Below are positions 40,976 through 48,519 of a stretch of DNA of 64,000 nt, one piece after another (within the stretch, counting starts at the first letter, position 1; each line of letters begins with the position of its first letter). The position numbers and the translations under genes are program-made. The notes below the pieces were generated by a model. The model was given only the letters and a program-made list of their open reading frames with translations, was not told where the DNA came from and did no database searches. Origin of the DNA: a bacterium (GTDB lineage Bacteria; Patescibacteriota; Minisyncoccia; Moranbacterales; DUUL01); NCBI GenBank assembly GCA_018675685.1, contig JABGXP010000007.1, positions 49,283 through 113,282 of the forward strand, given 5' to 3'.

Positions 40976-41713
40976 ATGAAAAATTTTATTAAAAAAGGTT
41001 TAGAAAAAATCAAGAAAGAAAAAATAGAACCGACTGCAAGTTGGAAGTTTAGCCTTCAAAATTTTTTCTGGTGGTTAGCTTTTAGTTTTTCAATCTTAGC
41101 TGGAGGAGTTTCAATTTCTATTCTGACCTTTCTTATTGCAGAGCTCGATTGGCAAATATATGCTAATTTAGGAAATAGCTCCTTGGAAACTTTTTTAATA
41201 ATGTTTCCACATTTTTGGATTATCTTCCTAGGGCTTTTTATGGTTATTTCATATCAGAATTTGCGTCACACAAGAAAAGGTTATCATTATGAAGTAGTAC
41301 TTGTGACGGCAGTGATTATCGGCGGTAGTTTATTTTTAGGCGCAGTGTTGTATTTCTCTGGATTAAACCAGAAGTTAAACCAAATTTTTCTTGAAAGCAT
41401 CCCAGGATATGAAAATGTGATTCATACTAAAGAAGACCAATGGTCTCAACCAAAAAAGGGCTTGCTCTCAGGAGAAATTGTTTCAAAAAAAACAGTAGAA
41501 GAATCTCAAGTATTAATTTTAAAAAACATTAAAAGTGGAACTTGGAAAATTTTTATTAATGACAACACCCAAGTTCGTGGGAGAGTAAGACTGGAGGAAG
41601 GTGAAAAAATCAAAGTTATTGGGAGGCAAAAAAAAGAAAAAAGCGATTTTGAAGCGATGGAAATCAGACCGTGGGAGGGCATGGGTCATAACAGAAAAAA
41701 TGATAATAAATAA
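40976..41713 (+). CDS. Putative membrane anti-sigma factor with DUF5666-like OB fold (copy 2)
   Basis: Paralog of 29725..30510 (KKEKI.P...W, 3 TM, T..GY, GLLSGEI..GEKIKVIG..FEA); likely start ATG 40976. Confidence 0.65.
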   Translation: MKNFIKKGLEKIKKEKIEPTASWKFSLQNFFWWLAFSFSILAGGVSISILTFLIAELDWQIYANLGNSSLETFLIMFPHFWIIFLGLFMVISYQNLRHTRKGYHYEVVLVTAVIIGGSLFLGAVLYFSGLNQKLNQIFLESIPGYENVIHTKEDQWSQPKKGLLSGEIVSKKTVEESQVLILKNIKSGTWKIFINDNTQVRGRVRLEEGEKIKVIGRQKKEKSDFEAMEIRPWEGMGHNRKNDNK

Positions 41714-41815
41714 AATATCGAGAAAGAAAGTGCTTTATTTTTTGCCTAACATGGTAGCATCTAATTTTCTGTGCTAAAATGATAGCGCTGTTAACTCTAT
41801 AGGTATTCGATTTAA

Positions 41816-42154
41816 ATGCTTGAAATCAAAAATAAAATTGAAAAATTCTTATTCAGTCTTACTGGCGTTTTGTTTATTATCGTCATCGTTTTATTGATGA
41901 AGGGAAAAGAGGATGCTTTGAAAAAAGAGAAGTTTAAAAAAAATGTCAGCAATGAATTTTTGGATGAAGAGATTGTTGATGCCCAGAAAAAAATCGAAAA
42001 AGACAGAAGGGAAATAATAATTAAAATAATTGATTCTCCAGGGAAAAAGTTAGTAGAAGAAGTTGTCAGTACCACCACAACACCTCCACCACCACCTCCA
42101 CCAGTAAAGGAGGTTGTTGAAAAGAAGTCAGACAAGAAAACAAAGTCATCATAA
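41816..42154 (+). CDS. Small membrane-anchored protein with Thr/Pro linker ending KKTKSS
   Basis: N-terminal TM, STTTTPPPPPPPV linker; first gene of the apbE operon. Confidence 0.75.
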   Translation: MLEIKNKIEKFLFSLTGVLFIIVIVLLMKGKEDALKKEKFKKNVSNEFLDEEIVDAQKKIEKDRREIIIKIIDSPGKKLVEEVVSTTTTPPPPPPPVKEVVEKKSDKKTKSS

Positions 42155-42158
42155 GAAA

Positions 42159-42599
42159 ATGGATAAAAAAGTAGTAAAAAAAAGTAAAATATTTTTTGTA
42201 GGACTCATTGCGATGGGAGTTATACTTTTTATTGCCTTCACTCTCTTTAAGACAATAAAAGAGAATGGAGGAATTTTGGATACAAACGATAATTCCAAGG
42301 AAATTCAAACTCTAGACATCGTTGAAGATATCAAGAAGCCACAAGAGGAAAATAACAGCGAAGAAGATGGTGATGAGGCTGAAGATTATAAAGGCGATGA
42401 AGACTCTTATGAACCAAAAGTAGAAACTTCTTCTGTGCAAAAATCCACGTATGTCAAAGAGGTGACTACCAAGACAACATATATCGACACTGACAGAGAT
42501 GGAATTTTTGACAATGAAGACAATCAACCAACAATAAACGACTTTTTCATTGTTAAAGACGAGAATAATAATGGGATAGTTGATAGATATGAGGATTGA
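42159..42599 (+). CDS. Membrane-anchored acidic protein with Dx[DN]xDG (TSP3-like) repeats
   Basis: TM, acidic linker, DTDRDGIFD and DENNNGIVD; start ATG 42159. Confidence 0.75.
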   Translation: MDKKVVKKSKIFFVGLIAMGVILFIAFTLFKTIKENGGILDTNDNSKEIQTLDIVEDIKKPQEENNSEEDGDEAEDYKGDEDSYEPKVETSSVQKSTYVKEVTTKTTYIDTDRDGIFDNEDNQPTINDFFIVKDENNNGIVDRYED

Positions 42600-43539
42600 C
42601 AAACCTTCAAAGAAAAATAACATAGAGGATTATTTCGGAGCGATGGGCACCGATATTTCATTGGAGATTAATTTAGATAAAAAGATCTCAAAGAAAAGAG
42701 AATCAGAACTTAAGCAAGAAGTCAGAGATATTTTCACCAGAAACGAGGGTATTTTCAGTAGATTCCAGCGAGACAGTGAACTCTCGAAAATGAACAGAAA
42801 GTTGGGAGTGAAAACAGAAGCCTCGCAGGCAATGATAGAAGTACTCTTACTTTGTGAGAAGTTTAATCAGATTTCAAAGGGATATTTTGACCCAAGAGTT
42901 CTTGAAAATTTGAAAAAAATTGGGTATAAAAAAGATTTTAGAAAAAATTATCCTACAGCCACAGCAAAAGGAACTGAGCTGTGTAAAGTTACAGGCAAAC
43001 TCGCAGATGATTTAAGGATCTTCCCCAATGAAAGGAAAATTTTAATAAAAAAAGAAGTTGACACTACTGGGATTGTGAAGGGCTATACTATTGATCTAGT
43101 GAAAAAGTTTTTATTCGATAAGGGTATTGAAAATTTCATCATAGATGCAGGGGGGGACATGTTTGCTCAAGGACTTAATAGTAGAAATAGTAAATGGAAA
43201 ATTGGAATCGAAGGACTCGAGGACAACAGCATGATGCTTGCCATCAGCGGAATGGGAATCGCTACCTCTGGGATTAGCAGAAAACGCTGGACAATTGGAG
43301 GAAAAACTTTTCATCATCTAATCAACCCCAAGAAGCCCAATGAATTTGCTTGTGACTTGAAAACAGTAACAGTGATTGATGAGAAAGCAGTTGAGGCTGA
43401 TGGACGGGCAAAGTCACTTTTCTTAATGGGAAAAGAAAGAGGATTGAAATTCGCAAATGAGCATAAAATCAAAGCATTATTTTTAGATTATAAAGGAAAT
43501 ATCTATGTTTCAGAAAAAATTAAAAAGCATGTTCTTTAG
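42589..43539 (+). CDS. apbE: FAD:protein FMN transferase (no signal peptide)
   Basis: AMGT, FSRF..DSELS, GYFDP, DTTGIVKGY, DAGGD, IATSG, HHLINP, EADGRAK. Confidence 0.9.
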   Translation: MRIDKPSKKNNIEDYFGAMGTDISLEINLDKKISKKRESELKQEVRDIFTRNEGIFSRFQRDSELSKMNRKLGVKTEASQAMIEVLLLCEKFNQISKGYFDPRVLENLKKIGYKKDFRKNYPTATAKGTELCKVTGKLADDLRIFPNERKILIKKEVDTTGIVKGYTIDLVKKFLFDKGIENFIIDAGGDMFAQGLNSRNSKWKIGIEGLEDNSMMLAISGMGIATSGISRKRWTIGGKTFHHLINPKKPNEFACDLKTVTVIDEKAVEADGRAKSLFLMGKERGLKFANEHKIKALFLDYKGNIYVSEKIKKHVL

Positions 43540-44398
43540 AAGTTTTATTATTCTTACTTTAGTTTTTTTCTTCCAAACCAGTTTTCCATCTTTTGCCTTT
43601 GCAAAAGAGAATGTGGAAGAAACGAAAGTTGACTACAAGAAAGAAGTGATCATTGATAGTGACCTTGACGGATTGACAGATGAAGGAGAAAAACAGATTT
43701 TTAAAACAGACCCTTCCTCTTCAGATACTGATAAAGATGGTTTTTTTGACGGAGCAGAGATTCTAAACGGAACTGATCCGCTTGACCGTGTTGATCCTGT
43801 AGGTCGTGGAATCATGAACCTTACTGAGGAATATTTCGTGGAAAAGACACCATGGGCATGGTATCTTTCACGAGCTTCTGGGTTTTTAGCATATATCTTT
43901 TTGTGGCTTTCAATTTTCTATGGTCTTGCAATTAGAAACATCTTTTTAAGAAAAACAATCAATCCCGCCAACAGTCTTAGATTGCATAGCCTTACTTCAG
44001 TGTCAGCTGTTTTTTGGGCGTTGTTTCACGGTGTTAGTTTTCTATTCCATGATGCTGAATATGCAATGGGGATAAAAGACGTATTTATTCCCTTCTATTC
44101 GGAAAATATCTTTGTGAATAGAGGGTATTTGACATTAGGGGTCATCGCCTTTTATATATTAGTAGTCATTGTGCTTACTTCTTTTATAAAAGATAAAATT
44201 TCTCATAAAATTTGGAGAGTTGCTCATTCTTTAAATTTATTTTTAGTGCCGCTTCTAGCGCTACATGTTATTTTCCTAGGAACTGACATGCAAAACCAAG
44301 TAGTTAAACTTTCCTTTATAGTATCTCTTTTATTGCTAGTCCCACTATATTCTTCCAGTCTAGTACCCTTTTTATGGAAAAAAATAAAAAAACGATAA
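43529..44398 (+). CDS. MsrQ/ferric-reductase-like di-heme membrane protein with TSP3-like N-domain
   Basis: Signal peptide, DSDLDGLTD/DTDKDGFFD repeats, WYLSRASG, four TM His (RLH, FHG, VAH, LHV). Confidence 0.8.
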   Translation: MFFRSFIILTLVFFFQTSFPSFAFAKENVEETKVDYKKEVIIDSDLDGLTDEGEKQIFKTDPSSSDTDKDGFFDGAEILNGTDPLDRVDPVGRGIMNLTEEYFVEKTPWAWYLSRASGFLAYIFLWLSIFYGLAIRNIFLRKTINPANSLRLHSLTSVSAVFWALFHGVSFLFHDAEYAMGIKDVFIPFYSENIFVNRGYLTLGVIAFYILVVIVLTSFIKDKISHKIWRVAHSLNLFLVPLLALHVIFLGTDMQNQVVKLSFIVSLLLLVPLYSSSLVPFLWKKIKKR

Positions 44399-44484
44399 AG
44401 AAGAAACATTGTATCTTCTTTATCGTTTAAAAATAAGCGCCAAAACACGAAAGTGTAATGGCGTATTTTTTTATTTAATACTCT

Positions 44485-45018
44485 TTAAACAAGGGAAGTT
44501 AAGTCGTTTGAGTTTTTCAAAAAAGTAACAGAAGAGTTTTCCTTGTGTCCTTCCTTTACAAAACTCCTGATTGTTTCTTTTGTAATTCCACCACTATCTT
44601 CTAGTACAAAAAAATCTTTTGCCATCCCGCAGAGTATTGATATTTCATACATTGTTCCAACTCTACCACCAATGATAATCGCAGTATCAATGTCCATCAC
44701 CATGTCTAGCGATCTTGCGTAATTATCAATCATAGATAATTCTTTTTTGAAATATTTTTTTTGGTATATAATATTTGTGTACTTTGAAATGTCAGTGGCA
44801 TGATATTTTTTATGGTCCTTTAAATTCAACCCAACTGCATATACCGTTGCTTTTCCGCCAGCAGCTAAAGCTGAAGAGGCTACAATATGTGGATATCCTG
44901 GGCTTCCACCAGTTACTACCTCATGATTTTTTAGGGCAAGTAGCCTCCCAATTTCTTTTGTTTGTTTGATGATTTCAGGGTTGTTTTTGTGGCTTGAGCC
45001 GAAGATTCCAATTTTCAT
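44485..45018 (-). CDS. LOG/SLOG-family nucleotide-binding protein
   Basis: IGIFGS, IGRLLA, VVTGGSPG, IIIGGRVGTMYE. Confidence 0.8.
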   Translation of the reverse strand: MKIGIFGSSHKNNPEIIKQTKEIGRLLALKNHEVVTGGSPGYPHIVASSALAAGGKATVYAVGLNLKDHKKYHATDISKYTNIIYQKKYFKKELSMIDNYARSLDMVMDIDTAIIIGGRVGTMYEISILCGMAKDFFVLEDSGGITKETIRSFVKEGHKENSSVTFLKNSNDLTSLV

Positions 45019-45042
45019 TTTTACTTTTAACTAATAATGTTC

Positions 45043-45972
45043 TTAAACTAACTTGATTGCTTCACGGAGGTATCGCAAAAGATGGAGTGGATTCTGGCAA
45101 GCGCCAGCGAAGCAACCACAATTAGAGCAACCTGGAGCAGAGAAACATCTACGACGTTGCCAAGAGACGTCAAAGTGCAAAACTTCATCTCCCCAAAAAC
45201 AACGGTCTGTGTGATCAGGCTTGGCATACCAAGTAATCATTGACTTTGTTAGTAGTAAATCGTTGGGATATAGTTTTTTCACCCGTTTTATTTCTTTAAT
45301 AATAAGAGCTCTATCTTTTTTTTCTATAAACATTGGGTCGGGATAATTGGGACTGGTGGTGTAGAAATTACAAACAACTCCACGGAAGTTATGTTTTTTT
45401 GAAGTTTTTACTAAGGCTTCAAGATCAGTATAATTATCCTTGAGTAGAGTCATATTCAAAATAACACGTCGATCGCCGGAATAATTTGAAAGGACTTTTT
45501 CAAAAGTCCCTTTTCCTCGAATCGCCTCACTTTTTTCTTTTGCGCCATCTACTGAAAGGAAAATAATTAACCTACCGAGTTTTTTGGGAATTTTAATTAT
45601 TCCATTAGAGATGATATGAACAACCGGAAATTTGCGGTAGGCAAATTCGATGACATCTTGTCGCAAAGTTGGTTCACCACCCACTAGTAGCATAAAACGA
45701 ATGCCTTTTTTATGTAATCCATTAAATCTTTTTTTCCAAGAGTCTAAGGATAATTCCTTCTTTTTGATTTCCTTGAAAGGATTTCGGAAGTGATAGCAAT
45801 GCTTGCAACGCAAATTGCAGTTGTCAGTGATGTCGACTTCGGCAAAATATTTTTGCCCAAAGAGCAGCCTTTTTGTTTCACAGATTAGCATAAAAAGAAG
45901 CGCGTGAGCTTTCTGTCGCAAATGCATATTTTTTTTCGATAATAGTTTTCTAACTAATCTTGATAGTAGCAC
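45043..45972 (-). CDS. Radical SAM protein with Cys-rich C-terminus
   Basis: CNLRCKHCY, GGEPTL, SVDG, C-terminal C..CF...CSNCGC; start uncertain (GTG 45972 or ATG 45927). Confidence 0.88.
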   Translation of the reverse strand: MLLSRLVRKLLSKKNMHLRQKAHALLFMLICETKRLLFGQKYFAEVDITDNCNLRCKHCYHFRNPFKEIKKKELSLDSWKKRFNGLHKKGIRFMLLVGGEPTLRQDVIEFAYRKFPVVHIISNGIIKIPKKLGRLIIFLSVDGAKEKSEAIRGKGTFEKVLSNYSGDRRVILNMTLLKDNYTDLEALVKTSKKHNFRGVVCNFYTTSPNYPDPMFIEKKDRALIIKEIKRVKKLYPNDLLLTKSMITWYAKPDHTDRCFWGDEVLHFDVSWQRRRCFSAPGCSNCGCFAGACQNPLHLLRYLREAIKLV

Positions 45973-46125
45973 ATTTAGATAAATTATTATATTTTATTCC
46001 ACCGTATAACTTGCTTTTTAGGAGTAAATCAAATATTCTTTAAATGGATAACAAGAGGGAGTTAGGCAATGTGTCTAACTTTTTATTACTTGAAAAGCAA
46101 ATCTTTAGGGGAAGGAGTTTCTATT

Positions 46126-46854
46126 ATGGATCCAACGGGAAAAATTTGGGCAGCTTTAGACACAGAAAAGACAAGGGCCTTGGAAATTGCAAAGAACATC
46201 GCCAGGCACCCGGCAATTTTCGGATTCAAAGTGAACCGCTCAGTTGATCAGGAAGTTTTTCGGCGAGATGGTGAGGTAATGTTATTTGATGAGTTAGCCC
46301 AGCATGGACTGCCAATCTGGATTGATCACAAGCTTCATGATGTAGACAGAACTGTCGTTGGCAGACTGATGCCCTATATCAAATCGGGACAGATTCAGTT
46401 TGCCACCGTTATGGCTAAGGGTGAAATCGACATGATGTCAGAAGCTGTTGAAGCGGCTGACGGCAAGATGTATATTATTGCTGTCACGGAATTAACCTCA
46501 CTTTCAGAGGAACAGATTCATTTAGGAAGTGGTCAGCCGTCAAAGGCTTCGGTGATAAGCTTAGCACGCAATGCAGTGCTTTCAGGAATTCGTCACCTGG
46601 TTTGTTCTTCGCAGGAATTAAAAGTTCTTTCCACAAGACGAGAACTTAGGTGTCTTCAGAAATTTACCCCAGGGATAACTCCTGATTGGAAGTTGGAAAA
46701 TCAAATAGATCAAAAACGAGTTGGGTCACCTGCCTTTGCACTGAGTGGTGGCGCAGACAAACTGGTCATTGGCGGGGCATTTGTTAATGATGACAACCCC
46801 TTGGAAGCTGTTCAAAAAACAGCAGATGAGATAGAAACCTTTGAGCTTAAGTAG
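46126..46854 (+). CDS. pyrF: Orotidine-5'-phosphate decarboxylase
   Basis: AALD, DHKLHD, AVTELTS, VCS, TPGI, DQKRV, LVIG; AAGGAG SD before ATG 46126. Confidence 0.85.
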   Translation: MDPTGKIWAALDTEKTRALEIAKNIARHPAIFGFKVNRSVDQEVFRRDGEVMLFDELAQHGLPIWIDHKLHDVDRTVVGRLMPYIKSGQIQFATVMAKGEIDMMSEAVEAADGKMYIIAVTELTSLSEEQIHLGSGQPSKASVISLARNAVLSGIRHLVCSSQELKVLSTRRELRCLQKFTPGITPDWKLENQIDQKRVGSPAFALSGGADKLVIGGAFVNDDNPLEAVQKTADEIETFELK

Positions 46855-46878
46855 AAACATTCAAATTTTTGAGTATCG

Positions 46879-46920
46879 AAAGATCGAAAGTTCACATTGT
46901 GAATTTTCGATCTTTTTCTT
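46879..46920 (+). terminator. Long-stem terminator after pyrF
   Basis: AAAGATCGAAAGTTCAC-ATT-GTGAATTTTCGATCTTT. Confidence 0.75.
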
Positions 46921-46948
46921 TAAAAAATGTACAAAAATATTAATAAAT

Positions 46949-46983
46949 AAAAGAGGACGCTTGTCATTATGACTAACGCCCTC
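46949..46983 (-). terminator. Long-stem terminator after pyrE
   Basis: Minus strand GAGGGCGTTAGTCA-TAA-TGACAAGCGTCCTC plus U-tract. Confidence 0.65.
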
Positions 46984-47009
46984 CCTTTTGTTACACAATT
47001 GCTATTGTG

Positions 47010-47666
47010 TTATTGCGCAATCGCCAGTGGGTGAGTGCCGACTAAACTTTTCCCATGACCGAACTGCATATCATAGAGAACTTTGTTTCTGCAACCAGGG
47101 CAATCTTCCCCTGGTTCAAAGGTCGGATACTGCCTATTTATCTGAGCGATAAATACCTCCACTCCCAAGTCTTCGGCGGTAACAGCTCCACGGTTCCAGA
47201 CACCACCAACTCCGACAACATTGCCTCCGCAAGCAGTCGAGAGGTCAACTACTTTTGCTGCACTTTTTCCAGTGGTGAAAATATCCTCTGCAATCAATAT
47301 ATCTCTACAGAGAACCCATCGGAGATCCTGTTCATCGATATAGAATTGCTTTTGTCCATCATTAGACTTTCTCGCTCGGATGGCCACCACCTTTCTTCCA
47401 GTTAGTTCCGAAAGAAACATGGCTGTATACTGGGCATATTTCACAGCTCCGCTTTCCGGCCCAATAACTGTATCGATTTTAAAATTTGCAAAATCTTGAG
47501 CAATTCCCATACAAATTTCCCGCATGGCATCATCATCATTCTCACGCAACAAATCCTTTGCCACATAATGAATGCCATCGTTGCCATTTGTTAATCTGAA
47601 ATGACCTTCTTTCAGTGCCCCAGCCCTTTTAAAAAGCTCAATACCTCTTTCGTTACCGATTCCCAT
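47010..47666 (-). CDS. pyrE: Orotate phosphoribosyltransferase
   Basis: GALKEGHFRLTNG, VIGPESGA, PRPP motif LIAEDIFTTGKS, C-terminal CPGC. Confidence 0.82.
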   Translation of the reverse strand: MGIGNERGIELFKRAGALKEGHFRLTNGNDGIHYVAKDLLRENDDDAMREICMGIAQDFANFKIDTVIGPESGAVKYAQYTAMFLSELTGRKVVAIRARKSNDGQKQFYIDEQDLRWVLCRDILIAEDIFTTGKSAAKVVDLSTACGGNVVGVGGVWNRGAVTAEDLGVEVFIAQINRQYPTFEPGEDCPGCRNKVLYDMQFGHGKSLVGTHPLAIAQ

Positions 47667-47927
47667 GGTTTTCTCCTTTGAGAATGCTTCGTTAATAGAA
47701 AGTGTCCCTTGTCTTTATTGTGTACTCTTCTTTCCCAAGTCAGCCTAATTGCTTAAAAAAGAACTTTTTATAATAGCAATATATGTGTATTTATGCAAAA
47801 AATAGTTTGCCTTCCAGTTTTTGTATCTTCAAAAATTTCAACCAATCATTTTTTGAATGCATTTTAATACTATATTTGGTATAATTGGAGTACGGTATTT
47901 AGTTTATTAAACTTTTTTATTTAAAAA

Positions 47928-48407
47928 ATGATAAAACAAGAACAATTAGAATGTCTCGAACTATTAATCGAGAATGAATTGGTAGTTGCTCGTTTGTATG
48001 AGGCATATGCAAAAAGAACAGAAGGGAAAGGTGAATTTTGGATGAAACTTTCCGAAGAAGAAGTTTTGCACGCAGAGTGGATTTCAAAACTTAAAGAAGA
48101 AATTGAAGAAGGAGGGATTGTTTTTAAAGAGGATAGGATTCAAAAGGATGAAGTGAGGGAGTCTATCCAGGAGACGCAAGTGGAAGTTGATAGGGTTTTG
48201 AACACTGGCATTAGCTATCTCTCACACAAAGAAGAACTGAAAATTGCGCTTAAGAAGGAGAGTGGAATGTTGGAAAAAAAGTTTTTTGAATTTTTTAAAA
48301 CCGACAACGAAGGACTGAAGGGCGTCTTGAAAAAATTAAAAGAAGAAACGAACTCTCACAGAAAAAGAATCGAAGAGGAACTAAAGAGTGAAAAAAGAAA
48401 TTCATAG
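47928..48407 (+). CDS. Ferritin-like (rubrerythrin-type) four-helix protein, copy 1
   Basis: E..LYEAYA..FW.KL..EE..HAEWI; ET..H. Confidence 0.75.
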   Translation: MIKQEQLECLELLIENELVVARLYEAYAKRTEGKGEFWMKLSEEEVLHAEWISKLKEEIEEGGIVFKEDRIQKDEVRESIQETQVEVDRVLNTGISYLSHKEELKIALKKESGMLEKKFFEFFKTDNEGLKGVLKKLKEETNSHRKRIEEELKSEKRNS

Positions 48408-48447
48408 TAGGTAAAAAAGATTAATTGATTGATTTCAAGTCTAGAGA

Positions 48448-48487
48448 AAAATAAAAAATACCCATTTAAATGGGTATTTTTTATTTT
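48448..48487. terminator. Perfect 40-bp palindrome, bidirectional terminator
   Basis: AAAATAAAAAATACCCATTT|AAATGGGTATTTTTTATTTT between convergent genes. Confidence 0.75.
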
Positions 48488-48519
48488 AGAATTTCTCGGA
48501 TAAAAAACCACCCTTCTAT

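Noticed and set aside
42065-42105. CCA/CCT run as a contingency (phase-variable) repeat
   Set aside because: Imperfect in-frame Thr/Pro codons; slippage would not switch expression.
21518-46983. Long hairpins as integron attC sites
   Set aside because: No consistent RYYYAAC/GTTRRRY ends and no integron integrase; they fit terminators.
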